Position numbers and translations under genes: made by a program
Assembly (NCBI GenBank): GCA_036001425.1
Contig: DASYUI010000009.1
Coordinates: forward strand, 72,422-136,421
Direction of reading: 5' to 3'
DNA: 64,000 nucleotides
From: Actinomycetota bacterium
GTDB taxonomy: Bacteria > Actinomycetota > UBA4738 > CALAEC01
Notes under the pieces: generated by a model
Seen by the model: only the letters and a program-made list of their open reading frames with translations
The model's database searches: none
Told to the model about the DNA's origin: nothing
Shown here: positions 45,939 to 56,335 of the stretch, piece by piece
Position numbering within the stretch: position 1 is the stretch's first letter
Layout: the number at the start of each line of letters is the position of its first letter

Positions 45939-46084
45939 TCCTTGGGCCGCTTGAGGTAGGCGATCAATCCCTGGGGCTGCTGGAGGACGGCAACCAGGTC
46001 CCACCCGTCCTCTCCCCAGTTGTTGAGGATCTCGGCGGTGGCGTGTTCGATCAGCGGAACGGTCGCGTACTCCCACTTCTGCAT
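45935..46084 (-). CDS. Small DUF4177-like protein (49 aa; MQKWEYATVPLIEHATAEILNNWGEDGWDLVAVLQQPQGLIAYLKRPKE), absent from ORF track
   Basis: AAGGAGG lies 7 nt upstream of the ATG. The sequence matches the DUF4177 pattern WEY.T..L........LN..GE.GWELV.V........AY.KRPK. It is wedged between the CoA-binding gene stop and the PQQ-dehydrogenase start. Confidence 0.55.
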   Translation of the reverse strand: MQKWEYATVPLIEHATAEILNNWGEDGWDLVAVLQQPQGLIAYLKRPKE

Positions 46085-46087
46085 GGC

Positions 46088-46546
46088 TCACCCTCCTTGC
46101 CGGCTCGCCTCGTCGTCTCGTCGGGTGGCTTCCTCGAGCTCGAAGCGAGCCACCACGGTTCGGATGCAGAGGTCCATGACCACCGTCATCCCCGCCTCCT
46201 CGGCGATCCGACGGGCCTCATCGTTCTCGATCCCGAGCTGGAGCCAGAGGACCGGCGCCCCGATCGCCACCGCGCGCTCGGCCACCTCCGGCGTCGCCGA
46301 CGCCCGCCGGAACACATTCACCAAGTCGACCGGCTCTCCCACGTCGAGCAAGGTCGGATAGGCCGTCTCCCCGAGCACCTCCGACTCGTTGGGGTTGACG
46401 GGGATGATCCGGTATCCCCGGGCTTGCAGATAGCTCGCCACCCCGTAGGAGTCGCGCTTCGGGTTGCTCGACAGTCCGACCACAGCGATCGTCCGGGTGC
46501 GATCGAGGATGGCCCGGAGCTTCTCGTCCGGCGGAGCGTACCTCAC
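46088..46546 (-). CDS. CoA-binding domain protein (YccU/YneT-like)
   Basis: It carries IAVVGLSSNPKRDSYGVASYLQARGYRIIPVNP, the Rossmann-like CoA-binding signature. The GTG start at 46546 overlaps the stop of the Nudix gene. Confidence 0.75.
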   Translation of the reverse strand: MRYAPPDEKLRAILDRTRTIAVVGLSSNPKRDSYGVASYLQARGYRIIPVNPNESEVLGETAYPTLLDVGEPVDLVNVFRRASATPEVAERAVAIGAPVLWLQLGIENDEARRIAEEAGMTVVMDLCIRTVVARFELEEATRRDDEASRQGG

Positions 46547-47103
46547 GGCGCCCAGCCCTCGGCCCGAAGGACCTCGAGGAGCTGGTGCAGGACGCGGCCG
46601 GTCGCTCCCCACACCAGGGCGCCGTCCAGCTCGTAGGCGTGCCAGGAACGGCCGGTCCCGGACAGGACCTCACGCTCCACCTTCGCCAAGCGGCCCAGGT
46701 CGAACTGGAGGACCTCGGCCACCTCAATGGGGCTCGGGGTGAGGGGCGGGAGCTCGGCCAACCGTCCAACGAACGGGACGATCACGTAGCCGCTCACCAT
46801 GGTGTGGACTGGGGGAAGAGTGCCGAGGACCTCGACCGCCGACGGCGAGATGCCCAGCTCCTCCTCTGTCTCCCTGAGTGCCGTGGTCACCAGGTCCGGG
46901 TCTTCCCCGTGGCGCACGCCTCCAGGAAACGAGATCTCGCCCTTGTGGTGGAGCACCAGGTCGCTGCGGAGCGTGAACAGCAGCGACGGCCCAGGCGTCT
47001 CCACGAGCGGTACGAGGACACCTGCCGGCGTCCCATCCGGCAATGCGGGGTCCGGGTGCGGAGGCGGCAGGGCCCGGCGGAGCATCTCGATGAGGTCGGT
47101 CAC
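46543..47103 (-). CDS. NUDIX hydrolase, CoA pyrophosphatase-type (NudL-like)
   Basis: It carries the Nudix box (GGVRHGEDPDLVTTALRETEEELGI) and the upstream LLFTLRSDLVLHHKGEISFPGG motif characteristic of CoA pyrophosphatases. Confidence 0.8.
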   Translation of the reverse strand: MTDLIEMLRRALPPPHPDPALPDGTPAGVLVPLVETPGPSLLFTLRSDLVLHHKGEISFPGGVRHGEDPDLVTTALRETEEELGISPSAVEVLGTLPPVHTMVSGYVIVPFVGRLAELPPLTPSPIEVAEVLQFDLGRLAKVEREVLSGTGRSWHAYELDGALVWGATGRVLHQLLEVLRAEGWAP

Positions 47104-47195
47104 GAGGCCATCGTATCGAGGAGCCGCGCGAGCGACCGTGCAAGCGGAGAGGGTGGCCTTTCGGCCGCCCTCTGCCGCGAAGCCCCGAGTCTCGA

Positions 47196-49169
47196 TCAGC
47201 AGTTCTTGATGCAGGCGACCTTCAGCGTGTAGCTGCCATTGCCGCCGAAAAACCAGGTTACGTGGATGAAGAAGGTCCTCGTGGCGCCGGGTTTGTAGCT
47301 GAAGGTCTCGTCGCCCCCCGGGCCCTTGAACGAGCCCTTGATGAGCTTGCCCGGTTGCCAGATCTCCTTGGTGTCCGACTTCAACAGATAGAGGTCAAAG
47401 TCCCTGCCGTTCGGCACGACCAGCGTGACGCGATACGTCTTTCCCTTGGAGAGCTTCTTTTTGAAGACGTCGTTGACGTCTCCCGGCCAAGCCAAGGAAC
47501 CCGACACCTTTGCCTTCAGCCCCTTCGCCCCAGGGATATCGCCATCGTGAGAGGCGCTCCCGTTCGGCGGGGTCCCAACGAAGTCCACCGCGTCGTTGGC
47601 GTTTACCCTCGCGGAAGTACGAGTGAACTTCCCGGTCCTCTTGGTAGTGAACAACAACGTGTTCATCGACGTGTTCAGGTCGAGCGGGGTAACGCCGTCG
47701 TCCTTGGTGGTATCCGCCGTGGCCATGATGATGTTCTTGAGTGACAGAGCGGTCCTGGTTGCGTCCTGGGATAGGAGCAGCCCGGCCACCCCGGCCGTGT
47801 GCGGCGCCGCCATCGAGGTTCCATCGAACGTGGAGTACGTGTTTGACGGCGTCGTACTCAGGATGTCCACGCCGGGAGCGGCCACGTCGACGGAGTACCG
47901 GCCGAAGTTGGTGAACGCGCACTCGGGCTTGGAGAACCCAGCCAGCTGACAACCGGTGAAGTAGCCATACTCGTCGTTGTGGTTGCTGGCGGCCACGGTG
48001 ACGATTCGCGACAAATTGTAGCTGGCCGGATAGGCAGGCGAACACGTCGGCCCGAAGCAAACGGCCACGTCGTTGTCTAGGCTGTCGTTCGCAGCGGCAG
48101 CCACGAACAGGATGTCGTTGTTCACCCCGGCCAGCCGGATGGCCTCGCGCTCCGAGTTCGTCCAGCTCGGACCGCCGAAGCTCGCGTTGATGATGTCGGC
48201 GCCCATGGTCCGGGCGTACAGGATGGCCTCCAGCTCGGCGCTCAGCTCCCCGGCCATGGTGTCGGGAACGAAGTCCTCGTCCGTGTCGATCGGCTCCATG
48301 AACTTCAGGACCATGATCTTGCATCCGGGGAGCGGATCCGGAGCTGCCCCGGCGTCGCCGCCGCACACGCCGGAGACGCCCGTGGCGTTGTTGGTAACAG
48401 CGGCGATCGTGCCGGCCACGTGGGTCCCGTGCTCACGCCCGGCGATGACGGGATTCGCTTCCAGGAGCGTGTTGTCGTCCTCGGCCGTATCCCGCCCATT
48501 GATATCGTCCACGTAGCCGTTGGCGTCATCGTCAACGAGTGGCGTGCCCCCGGCCTCCAGCGGGTTCTGCCATATGTTTCCGCCAAGATCCTCGTGGCCG
48601 ACGTCCACGCCGCTGTCGAGGACCGCGATGACCACGTTCGGGTCGCCCTTCTCGAGGTCCCAGGCCTCGGTCACATCCATGTCGGCGCCCGATGTACCGG
48701 AGGCCGTTGGCGGTAGTGGGTCCGCGATGGGATGCTCCTGGCCGGTATTGTTCAGCGCCCACAGGCTGTTGTAGCTCGTGTCATTCGGCGTAAACGTTGG
48801 ATACCGGTAGTAGTTCGGTTCCGCGTACTCGACCAAGGGGCTCGCGGAGTAGGCGCGCACCGCCTCGGCCACCGTAAGGCCGCGCGGCAGTCGGACGTGG
48901 TCGATGCCGAGCCCGCCGGCGATCCTCGCGAGCACGCGGGCGCCCACCGCAGCGTGCGTCGCCCGCTCGACCCCGCGAGAGACTCCCGATCGGAACTTGA
49001 CCAGGACCTCGCCGGGCACGAACGCGCCCCGCGCCTGGTAACCCATCTTCACGGGCCGGAGAGCCGACCGAGCCGAGGTCTTGCCCCGGTCGGCGGCACC
49101 GGACGGCGGAACGAACAACGAGGTGAGCAGCAGGGCTGACAGGGCGGCCGGGATCAACGAACGACGCAC
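47196..49169 (-). CDS. Secreted S8-family (subtilisin-like) serine peptidase with C-terminal pre-peptidase (PPC-like) domain
   Basis: The D/H/S triad contexts are present (VIAVLDSGVD, HGTHVAGTIAA, GTSMAAPHTAGVAGLL). GTG start, preceded by AGGAGG, with a signal peptide (MRRSLIPAALSALLLTSLFVPPSGAA). Confidence 0.85.
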   Translation of the reverse strand: MRRSLIPAALSALLLTSLFVPPSGAADRGKTSARSALRPVKMGYQARGAFVPGEVLVKFRSGVSRGVERATHAAVGARVLARIAGGLGIDHVRLPRGLTVAEAVRAYSASPLVEYAEPNYYRYPTFTPNDTSYNSLWALNNTGQEHPIADPLPPTASGTSGADMDVTEAWDLEKGDPNVVIAVLDSGVDVGHEDLGGNIWQNPLEAGGTPLVDDDANGYVDDINGRDTAEDDNTLLEANPVIAGREHGTHVAGTIAAVTNNATGVSGVCGGDAGAAPDPLPGCKIMVLKFMEPIDTDEDFVPDTMAGELSAELEAILYARTMGADIINASFGGPSWTNSEREAIRLAGVNNDILFVAAAANDSLDNDVAVCFGPTCSPAYPASYNLSRIVTVAASNHNDEYGYFTGCQLAGFSKPECAFTNFGRYSVDVAAPGVDILSTTPSNTYSTFDGTSMAAPHTAGVAGLLLSQDATRTALSLKNIIMATADTTKDDGVTPLDLNTSMNTLLFTTKRTGKFTRTSARVNANDAVDFVGTPPNGSASHDGDIPGAKGLKAKVSGSLAWPGDVNDVFKKKLSKGKTYRVTLVVPNGRDFDLYLLKSDTKEIWQPGKLIKGSFKGPGGDETFSYKPGATRTFFIHVTWFFGGNGSYTLKVACIKNC

Positions 49170-49281
49170 GAGATACCTCCTAGGGGAGACAAAGCCGGGC
49201 AAGCCTAGGGGTTCGGAGCCGGTCCATCAATAGCTCTTTCGGGCGGGGTCGGCCGTGCCTGAAGCAGAGCAGGTCCGGGTC

Positions 49282-50073
49282 CTACAGCAGGCCTCGGTAC
49301 ATGCCGCCGTCGATCTGGATGAAGCAGCCCGTCAGGTAGGAAGCTCGCTCCGAGGCAAGGAACGCCACCACGTCGCCGAGCTCACGCGGGTCGCCGAACC
49401 GCTGCAGGGGTATCGTATTGGCTTCGGACTCCCTGACCTCCTCGAAGGACCGGCCCTCCCGCTCGGCCTGGCCTTCCAGGAGGGAGACGACCCGGTCGGT
49501 GTAGATTCGTCCCGGCAGCACCACGTTCAGGGTGATGCCGGCGGGAGCCACCTCGTCGGCCAGAGTCCGTGCCCACCCGGCCATCCCGGCGCGAATGGCG
49601 TTGGAAAGCATCAGGTTGGCGAGGGGCTGCTTGATCGCCAGCGACCCGATGACCACCACCCGCCCGTAGCCCGCGTCTCGCATCAGGGGCAGGGCCTCAC
49701 GGGTCATCCGCACCGTGGACAGGAAATTCAGCTCGAAAGCGCCCTTGAAGTCGTCGTCGGAGAGGTCGTCGAAGCGCCCCGTCGGAGGCCCGCCCGCGTT
49801 GGGGACGAGGATCTGGCAGCCGCCCAGGGCCTCGGCGCCCTCGCGGATGAATCGGACCGCGTCCTCCTCTTGGGAGACGTTCGCGGGGATGGCCACGACG
49901 GTGGCCCCGGTTTCCTCGGCGATCTCGTCTCGGGTCGCTTTCAAGTTGCCCTCGTCCCGCCCACAGATGCCCACCGCCGCGCCCTCTCGCGCCAGAGCCA
50001 CAGCGCAAGCTCTTCCCAGTCCCTTGCTCGCGGCGGCCACCAGGGCGGGCCGCCCCTTCAGGCCGAGATCCAT
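49282..50073 (-). CDS. SDR-family NAD(P)-dependent oxidoreductase
   Basis: The SDR signatures are the glycine-rich motif VAAASKGLGRA, the NAG motif NAGG, and the catalytic S...YxxxK-like context. Confidence 0.85.
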   Translation of the reverse strand: MDLGLKGRPALVAAASKGLGRACAVALAREGAAVGICGRDEGNLKATRDEIAEETGATVVAIPANVSQEEDAVRFIREGAEALGGCQILVPNAGGPPTGRFDDLSDDDFKGAFELNFLSTVRMTREALPLMRDAGYGRVVVIGSLAIKQPLANLMLSNAIRAGMAGWARTLADEVAPAGITLNVVLPGRIYTDRVVSLLEGQAEREGRSFEEVRESEANTIPLQRFGDPRELGDVVAFLASERASYLTGCFIQIDGGMYRGLL

Positions 50074-50212
50074 CAGCGACTCCTCACTCCGCCCCCGTCC
50101 CGGGCCGGGCAGTCATCGAGATGCCGTCGGGCGATGCCTACCCCGGCCCCCTTCGGCAAGTCAAGTCAGGCGTTGACCGGCCCTCGCGCCTCTCGCGGCT
50201 AAGCTTGCAGCG

Positions 50213-51046
50213 ATGACCGACATCACCTTCGTCGCCGCCCTGTTCACGCCGTTCGGCGAGGACGGGGGAGTGGAACGCGACGCCCTCGGCAGTCACGTTC
50301 GCTTCCTCCTCGACCAGGGCATGGACGCGGTCATGCCCTGCGGGACGACCGGAGAGGGCCCTCTGTTGGAGGAAGCCGAGGTGGCACAGATCGTGGCGGC
50401 CGCCGTGGAGGCCTCAAGCGGCCGCACGGTCATCGCCCACGTCGGGCGGCCCGGCACCGAGGCGACCATCCGCCTGGCCCGCCGGGCAGTGGACGCCGGC
50501 GCCACGGCGATTTCAGCGGTCGTTCCGTACTACTACCCGCTGGCCCCGGAACAGACCCTTCGCCACTACCGGTCCCTCCTCGAGGCCGTCCCCGATGTCC
50601 CGGTCTTCGCGTACACGATCCCTGATCGAACGGGGAATCAGCTCGAGCGGGAGACCCTGGAGGCTCTGGCCGACGACGGACTGGCCGGCCTGAAGGACTC
50701 CACGAAATCCTTCGACCGCCACCTTGAGTACCTGGCGGCAGCGAAGGGCCATAGCCTCCGAGTGCTCATGGGCTCCGACGGGATGGTCCTGGAGGCCCTT
50801 CGAGCCGGGGCGGCCGGGTCGGTATCCGCCCTGGCCAATCTGCGGCCCGACCTCCTAGCCCGCTTGAAGCGCGCCTTCTTGGAGGGACGGGAAGAAGAAG
50901 CCGAGCGCACGCAGCAGGAGATCGCGGAGCTCCGCAGCTCGTTCTTCCAGGGTCCCACGCTGGCAGCGTTGAAACTGGCGGTCTCGGAGACGATGTCGGA
51001 GCTCGGGGTCCGTTACCCGTCCGCTCTCCGCGCTCCGCTGAGCTGA
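50213..51046 (+). CDS. Dihydrodipicolinate synthase/N-acetylneuraminate lyase (DapA-like) family aldolase
   Basis: It carries GTTGEGPLL, the DHDPS signature, and the lysine Schiff-base region (AGLKDSTKS). Confidence 0.8.
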   Translation: MTDITFVAALFTPFGEDGGVERDALGSHVRFLLDQGMDAVMPCGTTGEGPLLEEAEVAQIVAAAVEASSGRTVIAHVGRPGTEATIRLARRAVDAGATAISAVVPYYYPLAPEQTLRHYRSLLEAVPDVPVFAYTIPDRTGNQLERETLEALADDGLAGLKDSTKSFDRHLEYLAAAKGHSLRVLMGSDGMVLEALRAGAAGSVSALANLRPDLLARLKRAFLEGREEEAERTQQEIAELRSSFFQGPTLAALKLAVSETMSELGVRYPSALRAPLS

Positions 51047-51129
51047 CCGGCGCCACGACAGGCCTCGGCCCACTCTGTCCCCACCTCAGCCTGAGGGCCG
51101 AGGGACGGGGCGTCGGGCGGCTGCTACCA

Positions 51130-51483
51130 TTGGATTGCATGCCAAAGGCTCAGACCACTCCCATCGGGATCACCGAGAAGGCGGCCGCCAAGGCGCGCTC
51201 CCTCGCCGAGCGTGAAGGGCGCCCCGAGGCGTGCCTGCGGGTCCGGGTGACTGCCGGCGGTTGTGCCGGCTTCCACTACAAGCTGAGCTTCGAGGACACT
51301 CCCGCCGGAGACGACCACGTGCTGAGCGCCCACGGCCTCCGCGTTCTGGTCGACTCCAAGAGCATCCCGGTCATCGAGGGATCCACCCTGGATTTCAACG
51401 ACGCGCTGCTGGGGGGCGGGTTCAAGATGCTCAACCCCCGGGCCGTCCACGAGTGCGCCTGCGGAGAGTCCTTCTCGATCTGA
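51130..51483 (+). CDS. A-type iron-sulfur cluster carrier (IscA/ErpA/HesB family)
   Basis: It has the three conserved Cys residues (GGCAGF ... CACGESF) and the typical N-terminal ITEKAAAKARSL. Confidence 0.8.
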   Translation: MDCMPKAQTTPIGITEKAAAKARSLAEREGRPEACLRVRVTAGGCAGFHYKLSFEDTPAGDDHVLSAHGLRVLVDSKSIPVIEGSTLDFNDALLGGGFKMLNPRAVHECACGESFSI

Positions 51484-51505
51484 GGGTTGGCTGAGCCCGG
51501 GCGGT

Positions 51506-52156
51506 TCACGCCCGGCGGTTCCGCTCCTGCTCCCTCGCCCACTTCGGCCAGAGGGCGTGGCCCAGCGCCGCCGCCACTCGGCCGTCCCAGTGCATGGCCC
51601 GCCACACCCCTCGGTATCCGCGGAGCACACCCGACGCCACGACCAGGTGCCCGGCCACGGCGATGCCGAGCACCCAGGTGACCACCCGGTGGATCCGCAG
51701 GCTCGCAGCGAACGCCTCGGGGAGGAAGCGCTGGGGGAAGGACATCACCGCGCCCGTCGCCGCCAGGGCGAGCAGGGAGGCCACCACGACGAGGTTGAAC
51801 ACTCGCTGCCCCGGGTCGAAGTGCCCGTCGTGCGGGGCAGGAGCATGCCGAGAGGGTTTCAGCAGGAACCTCGGGTACCACGCGAACCAGCGGAGATCCC
51901 CGGCCCTGAACCGCGCCGACTCGGCGAGGAACCACATTGAGGTCCTGGTTCGGATGATGGCCACCAGGGAGGCCAGGCCCAGGAGCCCGAACCCCACCCA
52001 CCGGTGCCACCTGGCCGCCGCCGCGTGACCGCCGAGGAGGGCTTCGAGGGTGGGGCGGCCCTCGCCCAGCACCGCGAGCCCCGAGAGGAACAGGAAGCCG
52101 GTCAACAGGTAGACGGCTGCGTGGAGACGTCGGGCCGCGGAGCGATTCCGCAGCAT
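51506..52156 (-). CDS. Putative cytochrome b-type membrane protein (4 TM, conserved His pairs)
   Basis: It has four hydrophobic helices with His in TM1 (RLHAAVYLL), TM2 (HRWVGFGLL), TM3 (DGHFD..NLVVVASLL) and TM4 (AGHLVVASG). It resembles di-haem cytochrome b subunits of the PF01292-like type. The start is uncertain. Confidence 0.45.
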   Translation of the reverse strand: MLRNRSAARRLHAAVYLLTGFLFLSGLAVLGEGRPTLEALLGGHAAAARWHRWVGFGLLGLASLVAIIRTRTSMWFLAESARFRAGDLRWFAWYPRFLLKPSRHAPAPHDGHFDPGQRVFNLVVVASLLALAATGAVMSFPQRFLPEAFAASLRIHRVVTWVLGIAVAGHLVVASGVLRGYRGVWRAMHWDGRVAAALGHALWPKWAREQERNRRA

Positions 52157-52163
52157 CCGGTTA

Positions 52164-52616
52164 CTAACCCCCGCCGTAGTCTCCGTAGCCGCCGCCCGTG
52201 TCCCCCGTGTCACCTGTGGCTGCCGAGACGGTGAACGTCACCTCGTCCGAGATCTGTGTCTCCTCGTGGTTTGGGTGGGCCAGGACAACTCGGAGGGTGT
52301 GCTCGCCGTTCGGGACGGAAACGGTGGTCTCGGTCGACGGGACGACCTCGTATTGATCGGAGTCGTCGACGTACACGTGGAAGTGCATGGCCCCCGACTC
52401 GGGAGGCCCGATCTCGGTGCCCTCGACCGAGATCGCCAGGTCCACCTTCCCCGACACCATCGCGCCGTCCTCAGGCTTCAGGATCGACAGGCTCATCTCG
52501 CCCCCGGCCTCGCCCCCTGTCGGGCCGACGTCGCGGCACGCGGCCATGAGGACCACGAGCGGGAGGAGCAGGACCACCGTCCATGCTGGCCGCATCCGAA
52601 ACCTCGTCACCGCCAT
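52164..52616 (-). CDS. Hypothetical secreted lipoprotein with His-rich motifs (possibly DUF4399-like metal-binding)
   Basis: It has a lipobox (LLLPLVVLMAAC) and HFH and H..NHEE motifs within a beta-rich ~120-aa domain. The C-terminal tail is Gly/Thr/Asp-rich. Confidence 0.5.
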   Translation of the reverse strand: MAVTRFRMRPAWTVVLLLPLVVLMAACRDVGPTGGEAGGEMSLSILKPEDGAMVSGKVDLAISVEGTEIGPPESGAMHFHVYVDDSDQYEVVPSTETTVSVPNGEHTLRVVLAHPNHEETQISDEVTFTVSAATGDTGDTGGGYGDYGGG

Positions 52617-52661
52617 CGGCCCCTTTCTACACCCTCAACCAAGCGCACCCGCCGAGCGACC

Positions 52662-53105
52662 CTAGACCTCGGTGTTGATGGTCAGGTCGCCGCCGACGGA
52701 GAGGGCTCCGCGCATCCCTCGGCTCTGGTGGAACCGGCAGTAGAAGAGCAGCGCTCCCGAGTCCGGCAGCGTGACCTCGATGGACGTCTGGGCTTCGGGA
52801 GCAAGCGTCTTGTCGATCCCCAGCGCGTCCACCGTGAAGGTGTGCGTGGCTTCGCCCTCGTTGAATGCCTCGAGCGCTACCTTCTGGCCGGCTTCGCCCT
52901 CGACGACCGTGGGCTCGAAATAGAAGTCGTCGACCTCGAACTCGACCGAGGACTCCCCTGCCACGTCGGCCTCGCCGTGGTTGTTCGCGGCCTCCCCACC
53001 GATCCGGATGCTTCCGGTGGTCTCCTCCCTCTGGCAGGCCGACGCCCCCACCAGGGCCAGAACGAGGCCCAGGACCAGCCATGATCTCCGCATCCGCCGC
53101 TCCAT
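52662..53105 (-). CDS. Cupredoxin-domain lipoprotein (type-1 copper, plastocyanin/pseudoazurin-like)
   Basis: It has a lipobox (LVLALVGASAC) and T1Cu ligands: His (ATHTF) and C-x2-H-x4-M (FYCRFHQSRGMRG). Confidence 0.7.
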   Translation of the reverse strand: MERRMRRSWLVLGLVLALVGASACQREETTGSIRIGGEAANNHGEADVAGESSVEFEVDDFYFEPTVVEGEAGQKVALEAFNEGEATHTFTVDALGIDKTLAPEAQTSIEVTLPDSGALLFYCRFHQSRGMRGALSVGGDLTINTEV

Positions 53106-53164
53106 GGTTGTAAGTAGTTCGAAACACGGGGGGAGGGAGGTTCATCCCCCCGTATACTGGCGCC

Positions 53165-54307
53165 GTGAGCACGGCCAAGACCCAGTGGCGGGACCTCTAC
53201 AACGAGGTCGTGGCCACGGGGCTCTGCACCGGGTGCTCGGCCTGCGTGGTCGTCTGCCCGTTCCACGTCCTCGGGTACGAGGACGACAAGCCCGTCCAGC
53301 TCGAGGGGAATGGCCCGGACGCGTGCACCCATGGGGACCGGGGGTGCGACATCTGCACCCGTGCCTGCCCCAGGTTCCGGGAGTGGGAACCGGAGATCGA
53401 GCGGCTCTTCTTCGGCCGGACCCGGGGGCCGGAGGAGATCATCGGCGTCCACAAGGACGTCGTCCTGGCTCGGGCGACCGACCCGGCAGCGCTGGCCCAA
53501 GGGCAGGACGGTGGCGTGGTCTCCGCCCTCCTGGTCTGGGGGCTCCGGAACGGCGAGATCGACGGCGCCCTGACCTCGAAGCTCTCCGACGAGCGCCCCT
53601 GGGACGCGGAGCCGGCGGTCGTGACGACGGAAGAGGAGATCCTGGCCACGGCGGGGTCCCGGTACACGTACTCGGCCAACCCGCTCGCTCTCACCAAGGC
53701 CCTGGAGATGGGGCTGGAGAGGGTGGCGCTCGTGGGGATGTCGTGCCAGGCGAGCGTCACCGGTGCCCTGGAGGCCCGGAGGGTGAACAAGTGGCGCCGC
53801 CGGATCGCCTGGACCTTCGGTCTGCTCTGCTCCAAGACGTTCACCTACGACGGGCTGATGGTGGACATCGCCCAGGGCGAGCTGGGCCTGTCCCTCGACG
53901 ATCTGGCCCGAGTGAACGTCAAGGGGAAGCTCCTCTTCTACACCAAGGACGGCGAGGAGGTCACCTACTCGCTGAAGAAGGCCCAACAGCACACTCGGCC
54001 CGGATGCCTGAAGTGCCCGGACTTCGCCGCCGAGCACGGGGACATCTCCTTCGGCGGACTCGGCCAGACCGACGGATGGACCCTCACGGTGATCCGAACC
54101 GATCGGGGCGAGGACCTCTGGAACCGGGCCGTGTCCGACGGCGTCGTGGAGTGGCGCCCGGGGTCGGAGGACCCCGACGCGATCGCCCTCATGGAGAAGC
54201 TCGCCGCCAAGCAGCGAAAGCGGTGGCCAGGGGACGAGCTGCCCGAGGAATGGCGGTTCCCCGGCGTCCTTCCAGAGGAAGACGGGCAGACGACCGACGG
54301 GGGGTGA
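53165..54307 (+). CDS. Coenzyme F420 hydrogenase/dehydrogenase beta-subunit-like protein (FrhB/FdhB/FpoF family) with N-terminal 4Fe-4S ferredoxin motif
   Basis: The N-terminal Cys clusters are [12 protein letters not shown] and C..C.....C..CP. The FrhB N- and C-terminal domain blocks are present ([15 protein letters not shown]; GMSCQ; [20 protein letters not shown]). GTG start. Confidence 0.75.
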   Translation: MSTAKTQWRDLYNEVVATGLCTGCSACVVVCPFHVLGYEDDKPVQLEGNGPDACTHGDRGCDICTRACPRFREWEPEIERLFFGRTRGPEEIIGVHKDVVLARATDPAALAQGQDGGVVSALLVWGLRNGEIDGALTSKLSDERPWDAEPAVVTTEEEILATAGSRYTYSANPLALTKALEMGLERVALVGMSCQASVTGALEARRVNKWRRRIAWTFGLLCSKTFTYDGLMVDIAQGELGLSLDDLARVNVKGKLLFYTKDGEEVTYSLKKAQQHTRPGCLKCPDFAAEHGDISFGGLGQTDGWTLTVIRTDRGEDLWNRAVSDGVVEWRPGSEDPDAIALMEKLAAKQRKRWPGDELPEEWRFPGVLPEEDGQTTDGG

Positions 54308-54311
54308 GCCC

Positions 54312-55355
<1,044 letters not shown>

Positions 55356-55359
55356 CCCA

Positions 55360-56202
55360 TCAGCTCGCCTGCCCTTGCGGCTCAGGCGGTCCCACGGATG
55401 GGCGGAGGCGCCGGAACTGCCCGGGCGTGAGCCCGACCCTTCGTTTGAAGATGCGCCGGAAGTAGCGGTCGTCGCTGAACCCGACCTCGGCGGCGACCCG
55501 TTCGATGGACCGGTCGGTGGACCGAAACAACATGCGCGCCCGGTCGATGCGCAGCCGGTGGATGTGGTCGGTGGGTGTCTCCGCGAAGGCCACTCGAAAA
55601 GCGCGGCCAAGGTAGTCGGCATTGCACACAAGGGCGTCGGCGATCCGGGCGGTGCTCAACTCCGGGTCGGTCAGGTGATCGGCGATGAGCCCTGCAGCCC
55701 GTGTCGCGAGGTCGGCGGCGCCCCTCTCCCCGTCGGCGCCCGCGGGTTGCAGGAGGATCTCGGCAAGGATCAGCGAGAGGAAGCCGCGGGCGGCGGGGAG
55801 CGTAAGGATCCCAGCCTCCTGGTCCTCCAGCAGGTGCTCGAAGAGCGTTCGGAGCCGATCGGGTCGAGCAACGGGCCCTGTCTGTACCCCTCGGAGTACC
55901 GCGAACTCGACGGTCTCGGGATCGGGCGGACCGTAGCCAAAGCAGACCCAGTAGAACCAGGTGTCGGGGCCCAGGTCGTCGTAGCCGTAATGTCGACGGC
56001 CGGCCTGAAGCAACACCCATTGCCCGCGCCGCACCAAGAATCGTCGCTCGTCCTCGGCGATCGGCAGGGTTCCGGACTGCACGGCGATCAGCTCGTGCAC
56101 GGGCATCACCCGGTCGGCGTGCCGACGCATGAGGTCTGGAGCGTGCACGCCCGCCTCCACGACCGGCGCCCCCGTCGACCGGCCGTCTGACATCAGACCC
56201 AT
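55360..56202 (-). CDS. AraC-family transcriptional regulator
   Basis: It has the C-terminal AraC HTH pair (TARIADALVCNADYLGRAFRVAFAETPTDHIHRLRIDRARMLF ... ERVAAEVGFSDDRYFRRIFKRRVGLTPGQFR) and an N-terminal cupin-like sensing domain. Confidence 0.85.
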   Translation of the reverse strand: MGLMSDGRSTGAPVVEAGVHAPDLMRRHADRVMPVHELIAVQSGTLPIAEDERRFLVRRGQWVLLQAGRRHYGYDDLGPDTWFYWVCFGYGPPDPETVEFAVLRGVQTGPVARPDRLRTLFEHLLEDQEAGILTLPAARGFLSLILAEILLQPAGADGERGAADLATRAAGLIADHLTDPELSTARIADALVCNADYLGRAFRVAFAETPTDHIHRLRIDRARMLFRSTDRSIERVAAEVGFSDDRYFRRIFKRRVGLTPGQFRRLRPSVGPPEPQGQAS

Positions 56203-56335
56203 CCCCCAACCTCCGGGCTCCCTGGGTCGGAATCGTACCTATTCTCGTCGGAGCCCACCCTCGTCTCAGGCTGGCCACGTGACTATCGTCCGCGACGGGT
56301 CGGAATCAGCCCAAAACGACGAGGAGGACGAGCGA

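Noticed and set aside
50074-50212. Possible sigma-70-like promoter TTGACC ... TAAGCT in the SDR/DapA divergent region
   Set aside because: The spacer between the hexamers is ~21 nt, too long for a standard housekeeping promoter. It was not called as a feature.
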